Positions 1 to 8,066 of a DNA stretch of 17,034 nt are shown one piece after another; positions within the stretch are counted from its first letter, which is position 1; the number at the start of each line of letters is the position of its first letter. The position numbers and the translations under genes were made by a program. The stretch is from contig BTVV01000132.1 in assembly GCA_045863855.1 (NCBI GenBank), positions 1-17,034 on the forward strand, read 5' to 3'. The notes under the pieces were generated by a model. It was given only the letters and a program-made list of their open reading frames with translations. It searched no databases and was not told where the DNA came from. This DNA is from Planctomycetota bacterium (lineage in GTDB: Bacteria; Planctomycetota; SZUA-567; H5-PLA8).

Positions 1-3000
1 GTTGCTTGGGTGTAATCCTGTACTTGGAAGTAGACCACCCCATCCACGGCCTGCCAGAAATAGGCGTACTGGTTAGGTCCAAGGTTCGTCAGCGGGCTTT
101 TTACCTCAGCACTGACCGAAATAGGATAATCGCCCGGCAGACTCGCCGTATCCGCTTCGCAAGCAAAACGGGGGACCAGCGGTATGCTCGCCAGCGTGTC
201 GCCATTCACCAGGCCCGTGTAGGTCGCCGTAAAAGGCGGATTCGGCTCGCCGTAAAAGCGCTGCTTGTCGTCCACCGTGATCGTCAGTGGTGCTTGAAGG
301 ACCGTGAGCAACACGCTCGCATGAGCCGGCTCATAGCGCGCCGGATCCGCGGGCGTGAAGGTGGCCGTGAGCGGCACGAAACCGGCATTGGGAACTTCCC
401 CTGTCGCACGATTATAGGTGAGCGTGCCCGCCGTGCTTGGCGTAACGACAGCATTGAATATGCCGGCCGAAAGAGGCTCGCCGTAGGTTATCGCAGCCGG
501 CTGAGGCCAGTTGATCACGGGAACGGCCTTCGTCACCGTGATCGAAACGGTCTTGCTGACCGCCTGGTAGTTCACGCCGTCGTCAGGCGTAAAGGTCACG
601 CTCAACTCGTGGGTTCCCACATCCAGGATTGTTTCCGCGCCTGGTGAGTAAGCGAACGCCCCCGGCGTATCCGACGTGGCGTTCAGTTGAGTGTCGCTCA
701 AGGGCGTCCCGTAGACCATGGGTGCTGGCTCTTCCCAGGTTACGACCGGGGTGTTCGTGAGTATGTCGACCGTATAGGCCCGCGATCCCGTTACCCCCTG
801 GCTGTCGGTCGCCGTGACCGTGAATTCGTAGCGGCCCGGCAGATTCGGCGTGCCTTCGATACGGGCCTCCGTGGAGATTGCCCCCGGCACCAGCGCCAGC
901 CCCGGCGGCAGCGTACCGGCCGAAATGCTGAAGCCGTATGGGTCCAGCCCGTTGGTCGTGTTCAGAGCCGCCCCATAGGGCTGCAGCGAGATCCCCGACG
1001 GAAGCGCCTCGGGATACACGATCAGTTTCTGTTCCGGCCCGATGAAATTCGCCAGGCTCGTGGGATTCACGCCCACGGGAATCGTGGCCAGATAGGTGCC
1101 CGTCGCAGCGTCAAAGACCGTAGTCGTGTTCGACCAATAGTTGAGCACCCACACTTCCTGGCCGTCGGGGCGCATGGCGATACCGGTGGGCGTCTGGCCC
1201 TGGCTGGGGAAGGTCTGGACCACGCCGCCGCTGGCCGTGTCCACCACCGCCACGGCGTGATCCGACTGGAGGGTCACGTAAAGCCTCCCACTGTCGGGGC
1301 TAACGGCCACGCCGGCTGGGCCGCCGCCCACGGGGATATTGCCCGTCAGGGTATTCGAGCCGGCGTCCAGCACGTCCACTGAGTTTGTCCAGTTGCTGGC
1401 GATGTAGACCTTCAATCCGTCCGGACTGACCGCGATGCCGTGCGGCGCGAGGCTGACCGGAACCCGGACGAGTTCGGTGTTGGTATTCAGGTCCAGCACC
1501 GACACTTCGTGCGAGCCGTAGCACGAGACGTACGCGCGCGAGCCGTCGGGCGAGAGCGCCAAGGCCACCGGCGCACCGCCCACCGGAATGGCGGCGAGCT
1601 GTTGCACGTAATTCAGGTCGAAGACCACGACGTCACCTGTGCTGTAATTGGTAACGTAGGCCCGTTGCGCATCCGGGCTGATCGCGATGGAGGTCGGCTG
1701 CTGCGCCGAGGGGAAGGATCCGGCCTTCGCCAACGTCCGACGGTCGATAATCTCGACGGTGTTGGTGCTCCAGTTCGTGATGTAGGCGAAGAGCGCGTGC
1801 GAAGCCGAGGCGCCGCCGCGCGGCCCGTTGAATCCGCCCAGCGTGGTCACAACGCGCTTGGTGACCGTATCGATGATCGTAACATCGTTCGAGGACTCGT
1901 TGGGCACATACGCATAGGGCGCGCCGGGCCGGGGCTGTTCGACCTTGATGAGGTAATCCCGCTGGCCGGGGTTGCCCAGGGCGTCCACAGCTTCCACGGT
2001 GAAGTGGAAGAGGCCCTCCATCACCGGGATCCCGGAGAGCGTGCCTGCGGCGTCGAGCGCCAGACCGGGCGGCAGCGCGCCCGCAGAGACCGAGAAGACG
2101 AACGGCGGCGTCGCGACCGAGGCACTCAGCGTTACGCCGTAGACCTCACCGATCAGCCCGATGGGCAAGTAGGGCGGCTCGATCACCGGCTCGGGACCGG
2201 GCAGCCTGCCCGTCGAGGCGTTCAATTCGAGGAGGAAGCCGTTGAAGCCCGTCGCGTTCCAGGTGCCGGGTGCACCGAGTCCGCTTGTGGTTCCAGACAG
2301 TCCCGCCGCAACATGAAGACGCCCTGGAGAGCCGGCGAGGCCGGACCATAACCCTTGCCCGCCGTGCACTTCCTGGATGCCATCCTTGTTACCGTCCCCA
2401 TCGGTATCGATGCCGAAGGACGTCCGAGGCTGGCCGGTGGTGGCATCCAGAGCCCACAACCGGACAATTTGCCAGGATGGACCGTTGCCTCCCAGAAGCG
2501 CAACGCCGTCCTGAACGACGACGGCTGATGCCCGATGGGACAGGGGCTGCACGCCGTCGCTTACGCCATCGCCCGTCAATTCGGCGCCAAAGCCCGCTCG
2601 CGGCTGGCCGGTGGCCGCGTCCAGACAAGCCACAAAACCGTTTCCAAGCTCGCCAGCATCGAAGCCGCCCGTGCCGCCGATTCCGGCGTTGTCTGAAGAA
2701 ACGTATCCGGCGAAATAGAGCGACCCGCCGGCGACCGCGATCCCGTTCCCATATTCATTCGATGACCCGCTGAAGGTCTGGATTCCGCTGGTTCCGAATC
2801 CTGCCAAGGGTTGGCCGCTGGATGCATCTATTGCCGCCACGAAGGCATCCTGCTGGCCGACGGACGCGACGGTGGCCGCCGAACCGATGCGGAAGTCGCC
2901 GCTTCTGAATTCACCCGTGACGTAAACCGTGCCGCCCGCCGCGCAGACTCGATACGCGGCATCGTAGCTGCTGCCACCGATGCGCTGGATCCCGTCGCCA

Positions 3001-6000
3001 ACCCCGTCACCGGTCACGTCCAGGCCAAAGCCGGAGACCGCAAGTCCAGTGCCTGGATCTAGAGCCAGTACAAATCCGTCCGCGATTCCCAGACGCGCAT
3101 AGCTGCCCGCCCCGCCCACGCCCGCGTTCGTGCTGTCGAACTCGCCGGCGACGTAAACCCGACCGGCTTCCGCGGCAACCGCGTAAGCCGCATCGGTGTT
3201 TCCATCTGCGCCGCCGAAAGTCTGGATGCCGTCACCGATTCCGTCGCCGTTCAGGTCACGCCCGAACCCTGCGCGCGGTTCTCCGGTGGAAGCGTCCAAG
3301 GCGGCGACGAAGGCGCGCGGCCCCAAGGAGACCAGGCTGGAGCCTCCGTCCGGCGACCCGATCATTCCGTACAGGGAGCCCGCGACGAAGATGGTTCCGT
3401 CCAGGGCCACAACGCCGTACGCCGTGGCGCTACCCGGGATAGTCTGCGTCCAGGCATAGGAGCCGTCCGCATTGAAGCGTGTCACGAAGGCCCCGAATCC
3501 GGTCTTCACTTCGACTCCGACCCCGGGATTGAAGTCCAGGGCATTGCCGTAGCGGCCGGCTACGTAGCGATTGCTGTACGTGTCCAGGCAGAGTCCACGC
3601 AGAGGGTCCCCTCCGCCCTGGATCACGGGAGGGAACGGGTTGGCGACGGCGTCGGCGTACACCGTGAAGGCCACGCTCTTCACCCCCATGCCCCCATCGT
3701 CGTCGAAGACGGTTAGCGTGACGGTGAAGTTGCCCGGATCGGCCGGCGTAAAATCGTAGCTCGCGGCATAGCCGTCGGTCCCGTAGGGCGCACCGTTGCG
3801 CATCACACTCCAGGTGTAAATGTGCGTATCGTCCGCGCCGGGATCGGCGACCGTGCCGTTAAGACCGATCGGGGTTCCCACGCCGGCGAACGGCGGCGCG
3901 CCCTGGATGGCCACCGTGGGCGCCACGTTGTGGACCGCTGCGTCCAGGCTGTCGGCGCCAAGGAGGCCGCCGGCATCCGTCACGCTCACCGTGACCAGGT
4001 AGATCCCATCGTCCCGGTAGGCGTGGCTGGCGTTGACCTGGTCGGCAACGACCGTGGCCGCCTCGACGACTCCGTCGCCCCAATCAATGCTCGCCGCGGC
4101 AAAGATCTCGCCTGGGTCATCCGTCACGGTCGCCATGAGCGCGAAGACCTGGCCCTCGTCGAGGCTGACGTTCGAGCCGGCGTCGACCTCAGGGGGCCCG
4201 CCTGCAATGTCCAGGACCATGGAAGAAATTGCCTCCGCTCCGGCGTCGTCTCGAACCCGGACGCTCACCGTATATCTGCCGCTAGTTGAATACACATGCT
4301 GCGCAGTGGCAGCGGCTGTAACGAGGTCTTGGGTTCCATCGCCAAAAGCGAAGATATAGGTAAGGATGTCGATCGGTGCGCCTGGGTCGCTTGCGTTTGC
4401 GGTAAGGGTAAGGACGGCGCCTGTCGTGCGCTCCCCTGTCACTACCAAGGGGTCCATCACGGCGAATTGTGGAGCTCGGTTTTCGACCGTCAAAGTCGTA
4501 TAGTCTTCGGAACTGCGTCCTAGATTATCTCTGACCCGTAGCAAGACCGTATATACACCATCCCTTCCCAGTCCCCATGCGCTGAGCGTCTCCCACGACA
4601 AGGAATGGCTTAGCCCGGGCAACTCGAAAAGACCGTCTCCGTCTAGATCCCATTCGGCGGCGGTCAAATCGCCCACCGACGCAGCCCCATCCAAGTTTAT
4701 AGTATCACCTTCCTGCACTACGTACGGTCCGCCAGCTGCGGCCACCGGAAAAAGCTCACAAGCGTCGCCCAAGCCGTCGCCATCCGTATCGGTTTGATCC
4801 GCGTTGGGAATGTCTGGGCAGTTGTCGCACTCATCTCCAAGGCCGTCGCCATCGGGGTCGCGCTGTGTGTTTGCTACGTTGGGGCAATTGTCGGACTCCC
4901 CGCAATATCCATCGAAATCCGCATCATCTGGCGCTGAGTATGGACATGGATCGCAAGCGTTACCAACGCCATCCCCGTCGGCATCGTCCTGGTCCCCATT
5001 GTGGACTACCGGACAGTTGTCGCAGGCGTCACCAACGCTGTCTACATCTACGTCACTCTGATCTGTGTTGGAACGAAATGGACAGTTATCAAATGTGAAA
5101 CAGACCCCGTCCTGGTCCTCATCGAGCTCCTCGTCAATATCACCATCGAAATCGTTGTCTAGGCCATCACAAATCTCCGACTGCGGATCGTCGCACGCGT
5201 TGCCTATTCCGTCGAAGTCCCAATCTGCCTGATCGGCGTTGGGCGTAAGCGGGCAATTGTCTATCGCGTCATCTACGCCGTCGTTGTCGTCGTCGGAATC
5301 GCAGGCGTCGCCGAAGGCGTCCCCGTCCTGGTTTGCCTGGTCAATGGTTGCCACCATTGGACAGTTGTCGAAGGCGTTCGCAACGCCGTCGTTGTCAATG
5401 TCCAGGTCACAGGCGTCCCCCTGGCCGTCCCCATCTAGGTTCTGCTGATCCGGATTGGAAATGGTTGGGCAATTGTCCACAATGGAAGGCACGCCGTCTT
5501 GATCCACATCGTTTTCGAGGTCGTATGGGCTGGGGTCGCACGGGTCGCCGATGCCGTCAAGATCGCTGTCGAGTTGGTCGGCGTTTGCGGCCAATGGACA
5601 ATTATCGCAAGCATCACCTACCGCATCCGCATCGTCATCTTGTTGGTACACATTCTGGATGTTAGGGCAGTTGTCGACGTTCCCACATTGGCCGTCGCCA
5701 TCCGCATCGTTCAGAGGATCGAAGGGACAGGGGTCGCAGGCGTCGCCTTGGCCGTCGCCGTCCGAGTCGGCCTGGCCCGGATTCGCATGGACCGGGCAAT
5801 TATCGACCGGGTCCGGCACCTCATCGCCATCCGTATCAAACAGAATCGGCGAGCTACCCATACAGTAGTAGAGCCCTCCCCAAACACCTGTTCCGTCAGC
5901 GAGGGCGACATGACTACATCCCACTGCCGCATCGCATGAGTCCGCCGTGCATGGATTCCCGTCGTCACAACTTAAAGGGGCACCAACACAGACTCCGTCC

Positions 6001-6758
6001 TGACACCGATCTCCAGAGGTGCAAGGGTCGCCATCGTTGCACGCTGTACCATTGGCCTCCAACATGCAGTCTACGCTGCGCGCCTTCACGCCCTGGGCCG
6101 AGTTGTGATCGAAGGAAAACCTTGGCACCCTATGAGGGCGAAGCCCAACGTGTCGGCCTGCGGTCGCGGCACTCGACGGCGAAGTCGAGACCGGCCGGAT
6201 CGGCGAGTTCATGTGCGGAGCCGCCGCGTGATTCGCAGGGGGCCGACTCGGGGCCGTGTGGACTTGCCCAGGTACTTGCTCCGCCACTCCCTGCCGGATC
6301 GAAGTGGCGCTCAAGACCTGTTGAGGCGTGGCCCTCGCCAACATGGGCCGGGACTGGCTCTCCGCTCGATGGAGCGCCAACGCGCCTAAATAGGGCTCGG
6401 TTCTCAAGAGCTGTTCGCCGTTTACGCCATCGTCGAACCAAGTCCGCAGCCGCACGTGCAGGCCATTCATGATTTTGGCGGAGATGGGCGGCATGCCTTG
6501 GGAGGTATCTCCCAGGATAATCTTGTACTGGCCTGCTTTGAGATCGGCAGCCTGCGGCCCCGAATTCCAGACCGCGTGCCGTTCTTTGTCGAGAATCTCA
6601 AAGCGCAAGGTGCCGCGCCCGCTAAATAGCCCCTCCGCCGAGACCACACGACCAGAAACACGTAGCCGCAGCAGGTCTTCTTCGGATCCCCAACACCCGG
6701 AAGCGAAAAAGCAGTAAAATCCCAACTGAAATACCGCGAAGTAACTAAGCCGGCTCAT
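1..6758 (-). CDS. Giant secreted multidomain adhesin-like protein, 3'-partial (>=2252 aa): signal peptide, fibre-type N-terminal domain, CTDC repeats, thrombospondin type-3 repeats, 4x PKD, beta-propeller, He_PIG-type Ig, YVTN propeller, He_PIG-type Ig, 2x Ig, MBG-like
   Basis: Hand translation of the minus strand from ATG 6758 (preceded by AGGGAG, 6 nt spacer) gives no stop down to base 1: MSRLSYFAVFQLGFYCFFASGC...YFWQAVDGVVYFQVQDYTQA. All short minus-strand ORFs in the track here fall in the other two frames, consistent with this frame being open. Confidence 0.95.
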   Translation of the reverse strand, partial: MSRLSYFAVFQLGFYCFFASGCWGSEEDLLRLRVSGRVVSAEGLFSGRGTLRFEILDKERHAVWNSGPQAADLKAGQYKIILGDTSQGMPPISAKIMNGLHVRLRTWFDDGVNGEQLLRTEPYLGALALHRAESQSRPMLARATPQQVLSATSIRQGVAEQVPGQVHTAPSRPPANHAAAPHMNSPIRPVSTSPSSAATAGRHVGLRPHRVPRFSFDHNSAQGVKARSVDCMLEANGTACNDGDPCTSGDRCQDGVCVGAPLSCDDGNPCTADSCDAAVGCSHVALADGTGVWGGLYYCMGSSPILFDTDGDEVPDPVDNCPVHANPGQADSDGDGQGDACDPCPFDPLNDADGDGQCGNVDNCPNIQNVYQQDDDADAVGDACDNCPLAANADQLDSDLDGIGDPCDPSPYDLENDVDQDGVPSIVDNCPTISNPDQQNLDGDGQGDACDLDIDNDGVANAFDNCPMVATIDQANQDGDAFGDACDSDDDNDGVDDAIDNCPLTPNADQADWDFDGIGNACDDPQSEICDGLDNDFDGDIDEELDEDQDGVCFTFDNCPFRSNTDQSDVDVDSVGDACDNCPVVHNGDQDDADGDGVGNACDPCPYSAPDDADFDGYCGESDNCPNVANTQRDPDGDGLGDECDNCPDIPNADQTDTDGDGLGDACELFPVAAAGGPYVVQEGDTINLDGAASVGDLTAAEWDLDGDGLFELPGLSHSLSWETLSAWGLGRDGVYTVLLRVRDNLGRSSEDYTTLTVENRAPQFAVMDPLVVTGERTTGAVLTLTANASDPGAPIDILTYIFAFGDGTQDLVTAAATAQHVYSTSGRYTVSVRVRDDAGAEAISSMVLDIAGGPPEVDAGSNVSLDEGQVFALMATVTDDPGEIFAAASIDWGDGVVEAATVVADQVNASHAYRDDGIYLVTVSVTDAGGLLGADSLDAAVHNVAPTVAIQGAPPFAGVGTPIGLNGTVADPGADDTHIYTWSVMRNGAPYGTDGYAASYDFTPADPGNFTVTLTVFDDDGGMGVKSVAFTVYADAVANPFPPVIQGGGDPLRGLCLDTYSNRYVAGRYGNALDFNPGVGVEVKTGFGAFVTRFNADGSYAWTQTIPGSATAYGVVALDGTIFVAGSLYGMIGSPDGGSSLVSLGPRAFVAALDASTGEPRAGFGRDLNGDGIGDGIQTFGGADGNTDAAYAVAAEAGRVYVAGEFDSTNAGVGGAGSYARLGIADGFVLALDPGTGLAVSGFGLDVTGDGVGDGIQRIGGSSYDAAYRVCAAGGTVYVTGEFRSGDFRIGSAATVASVGQQDAFVAAIDASSGQPLAGFGTSGIQTFSGSSNEYGNGIAVAGGSLYFAGYVSSDNAGIGGTGGFDAGELGNGFVACLDAATGQPRAGFGAELTGDGVSDGVQPLSHRASAVVVQDGVALLGGNGPSWQIVRLWALDATTGQPRTSFGIDTDGDGNKDGIQEVHGGQGLWSGLAGSPGRLHVAAGLSGTTSGLGAPGTWNATGFNGFLLELNASTGRLPGPEPVIEPPYLPIGLIGEVYGVTLSASVATPPFVFSVSAGALPPGLALDAAGTLSGIPVMEGLFHFTVEAVDALGNPGQRDYLIKVEQPRPGAPYAYVPNESSNDVTIIDTVTKRVVTTLGGFNGPRGGASASHALFAYITNWSTNTVEIIDRRTLAKAGSFPSAQQPTSIAISPDAQRAYVTNYSTGDVVVFDLNYVQQLAAIPVGGAPVALALSPDGSRAYVSCYGSHEVSVLDLNTNTELVRVPVSLAPHGIAVSPDGLKVYIASNWTNSVDVLDAGSNTLTGNIPVGGGPAGVAVSPDSGRLYVTLQSDHAVAVVDTASGGVVQTFPSQGQTPTGIAMRPDGQEVWVLNYWSNTTTVFDAATGTYLATIPVGVNPTSLANFIGPEQKLIVYPEALPSGISLQPYGAALNTTNGLDPYGFSISAGTLPPGLALVPGAISTEARIEGTPNLPGRYEFTVTATDSQGVTGSRAYTVDILTNTPVVTWEEPAPMVYGTPLSDTQLNATSDTPGAFAYSPGAETILDVGTHELSVTFTPDDGVNYQAVSKTVSITVTKAVPVINWPQPAAITYGEPLSAGIFNAVVTPSTAGTLTYNRATGEVPNAGFVPLTATFTPADPARYEPAHASVLLTVLQAPLTITVDDKQRFYGEPNPPFTATYTGLVNGDTLASIPLVPRFACEADTASLPGDYPISVSAEVKSPLTNLGPNQYAYFWQAVDGVVYFQVQDYTQA
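110..752 (-). other. Two Ig-like repeats plus an MBG-like domain (stalk region of the 1..6758 protein)
   Basis: TPVVTWEEPAPMVYGTPLSDTQLNAT, VPVINWPQPAAITYGEPLSAGIFNA, then APLTITVDDKQRFYGEPNPPFTATYTGLVNGD (typical MBG start). Confidence 0.75.
760..1025 (-). other. Putative Ig (He_PIG-like) domain
   Basis: PYGFSISAGTLPPGLAL...IEGTPNLPGRYEFTVTATDSQG. Confidence 0.75.
1040..1920 (-). repeat. YVTN/YncE-type 7-bladed beta-propeller
   Basis: About 42-aa repeats such as IAISPDAQRAYVTNYSTGDVVVFD, LALSPDGSRAYVSCYGSHEVSVLD, IAVSPDGLKVYIASNWTNSVDVLD. Confidence 0.85.
1945..2190 (-). other. Putative Ig (He_PIG-like) domain
   Basis: PFVFSVSAGALPPGLALDAAGTLSGIPVMEGLFHFTVEAVDALG. Confidence 0.75.
2200..3650 (-). 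repeat. Beta-propeller (SBBP/delta-60-like blades) with DxxGDG loop insertions
   Basis: Repeats of VYVAG...AFVAALDASTG.P.AGFG...GIQTFGG; first blade YVAGRYGNALDFNPGVG...AFVTRFNADGSYAWTQT. Confidence 0.75.
3655..4748 (-). repeat. Four tandem PKD domains
   Basis: PVAAAGGPY..WDLDGDG; YIFAFGDG..HVYSTSGRYTVSVRVRD; IDWGDG..HAYRDDGIYLVTVSVTD; YTWSV..FTPADPGNFTVTLTVFDDDGG. Confidence 0.85.
4755..5837 (-). repeat. Thrombospondin type-3 (TSP3) Ca-binding repeat array
   Basis: Ten DNCP motifs followed by N.DQ.D.DGDG.GDAC-type segments, plus two DPCP units; very Asp-rich; 26 Cys by hand count. Confidence 0.92.
5860..6068 (-). repeat. Cys-rich CTDC (Dictyostelium slime-mold-type) repeats
   Basis: CNDGDPCTSGDRCQDGVCVGAPLSCDDGNPCTADSCDAAVGCSH; 10 Cys in this segment. 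Confidence 0.8.
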
Positions 6759-6764
6759 ACCATG

Positions 6765-6770
6765 CTCCCT
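6765..6770 (-). promoter_or_regulatory. Shine-Dalgarno site of the giant CDS starting at 6758
   Basis: Minus strand reads AGGGAG-CATGGT-ATG. Confidence 0.65.
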
Positions 6771-6777
6771 GTTATCT

Positions 6778-7275
6778 CTATCGACCCGATACGGTCACCG
6801 GGCTGTCTAGTCCATGCCCTTCCAGGCTAGTCTTCAACTTGCGCGCCTGATTGCAGAACAACCAGCACGACGCGGCAAGCAGAAAAAGGTTCTTCACGAA
6901 TGCGCCGGCTGGGGTCTCAAGCACTTTCAGCCAGTGTTCATCATTCACACCTAGAATCTCGAGGTTCAGGCAGCCGCAGGAGATGTCCAGCCCGCGTGCC
7001 CAAGCCTGTCCCGTGGCAACCAAAAACGCGATGAAGAGGGCCACAACCCAACCACGCGCAGCCAGCGACATCCGATCCGCCAAGAGCAGTCCGCCGCAAG
7101 CCAACTCCAGCCATGGAAGTCCTACGGCCAGCGTCTTGGCAATGAGCTCCGCAAGCCCAAGATCAAAGGCGTAAATCGAAGCGAGGAATTTCACGGGATC
7201 GGCGAGCTTTGCTAATGCCGCGAAGATAAGCAGCAGGCCCAGAATCCATCGAATGACCGTCATGGTGCGGGTCAT
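6778..7275 (-). CDS. MauE/DoxX-family membrane protein (165 aa)
   Basis: RWILGLLLIFAALAKLADP..F..SIYAF, LPWLELACGGLLL, ARGLDISCGC are MauE-family motifs, with about 4 hydrophobic segments. Start placed at ATG 7275, which has GGGAGG upstream and overlaps the rhodanese stop as ATGA, rather than the track's 7320. Confidence 0.9.
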   Translation of the reverse strand: MTRTMTVIRWILGLLLIFAALAKLADPVKFLASIYAFDLGLAELIAKTLAVGLPWLELACGGLLLADRMSLAARGWVVALFIAFLVATGQAWARGLDISCGCLNLEILGVNDEHWLKVLETPAGAFVKNLFLLAASCWLFCNQARKLKTSLEGHGLDSPVTVSGR

Positions 7276-7925
7276 GGCATTTGCCTCCCGCTTTCCGAGG
7301 CGCTCACCGCCAGCCGCCACTCCGCATAGCCTTCATGCAGGTAACTCACCCGAGTAAAGCCGTGCACTTGCGCCAGCACCGTGGCGACTTTGGCAGCGAT
7401 GGCGCAATTCTTATTCCCGCAATAGACGACAATGGGCGTCTCCGGGCCATACTGCCGCTTGAAGGCGGGCACGGCGCTATCCAACTCGTTTATGGGAAGG
7501 GAGATTGAACCGTCGATGTGCCCCGCCTTGAAGGCTGCTGTTGGGCGACCGTCCACGAGCAGAATCCTTCCCTCGCGCTGCTTCGGAATGATCTCTTCCA
7601 GCGAAACGCCTAGCGGAATGACCAGTTCCTTGTCGGCCATGTTTTCCACTGAGAGGTGAACGTCCTCTTGCGCGTATACGGCTCCCTGCCGCGGAACAGC
7701 TTGAGCGCGGGATGTATCGAGAGCGCTCTCTTCGGGAAAGATCGTGTTCGACTGCAGCTCCGACTTTGGGGTGGGAGCCAGAACTGGCATTGCGGTCGCA
7801 GACGGGTCTTGCCAACGCACACCGAGAGGGTGCGAGTGGTTAAAAACCAGTCCGAGACCCACGGCCGCGACGGGAAGCAACGCGGCCTGAATCGCCGCCC
7901 TTCCAATCGATGCGCTTATACCCAT
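7272..7925 (-). CDS. Membrane-anchored rhodanese-domain protein (217 aa)
   Basis: N-terminal hydrophobic anchor AALLPVAAVGLGLVFN; rhodanese motifs LLVDGRP..FKAGHIDGSISLP, IVVYCGNKNC, GFTRVSYLHEGYAEW. Confidence 0.92.
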   Translation of the reverse strand: MGISASIGRAAIQAALLPVAAVGLGLVFNHSHPLGVRWQDPSATAMPVLAPTPKSELQSNTIFPEESALDTSRAQAVPRQGAVYAQEDVHLSVENMADKELVIPLGVSLEEIIPKQREGRILLVDGRPTAAFKAGHIDGSISLPINELDSAVPAFKRQYGPETPIVVYCGNKNCAIAAKVATVLAQVHGFTRVSYLHEGYAEWRLAVSASESGRQMP

Positions 7926-8066
7926 ATCGTCACAGAATCCGTTCTTCCTGCTTTAATCGGACAGCACCATCTCATTCGCTTTCTTGCTCCGGGCCCAACC
8001 CCCTTGCAATAAGTTGGAAGCCTCGGCCCCAATACGAAAGGTATTCTGGACGAACGATGGTTACCG

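Noticed and set aside
224..258. 12-bp direct repeat TCGCCGTAAAAG, two copies 23 bp apart
   Set aside because: Only two copies, inside coding sequence and in different frames. Most likely chance.
6755..6763. Mini-ORF ATG-GTA-TGA overlapping the start of the giant gene
   Set aside because: Its ATG is only 1 nt from the SD sequence, so initiation is unlikely, and nothing else suggests a regulatory role.
6778..7275. Methylamine utilisation (mau) cluster
   Set aside because: Only a MauE-family gene is present, with no MauA/B/D/G-like genes in the window, so no gene symbol or pathway is assigned.
7926..8066. 141-bp intergenic gap with TTGCAA on the minus strand as a possible -35 box, or a small ORF
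   Set aside because: There is no convincing -10 at the right spacing, no strong hairpin, and the short frames lack a credible RBS or motifs.
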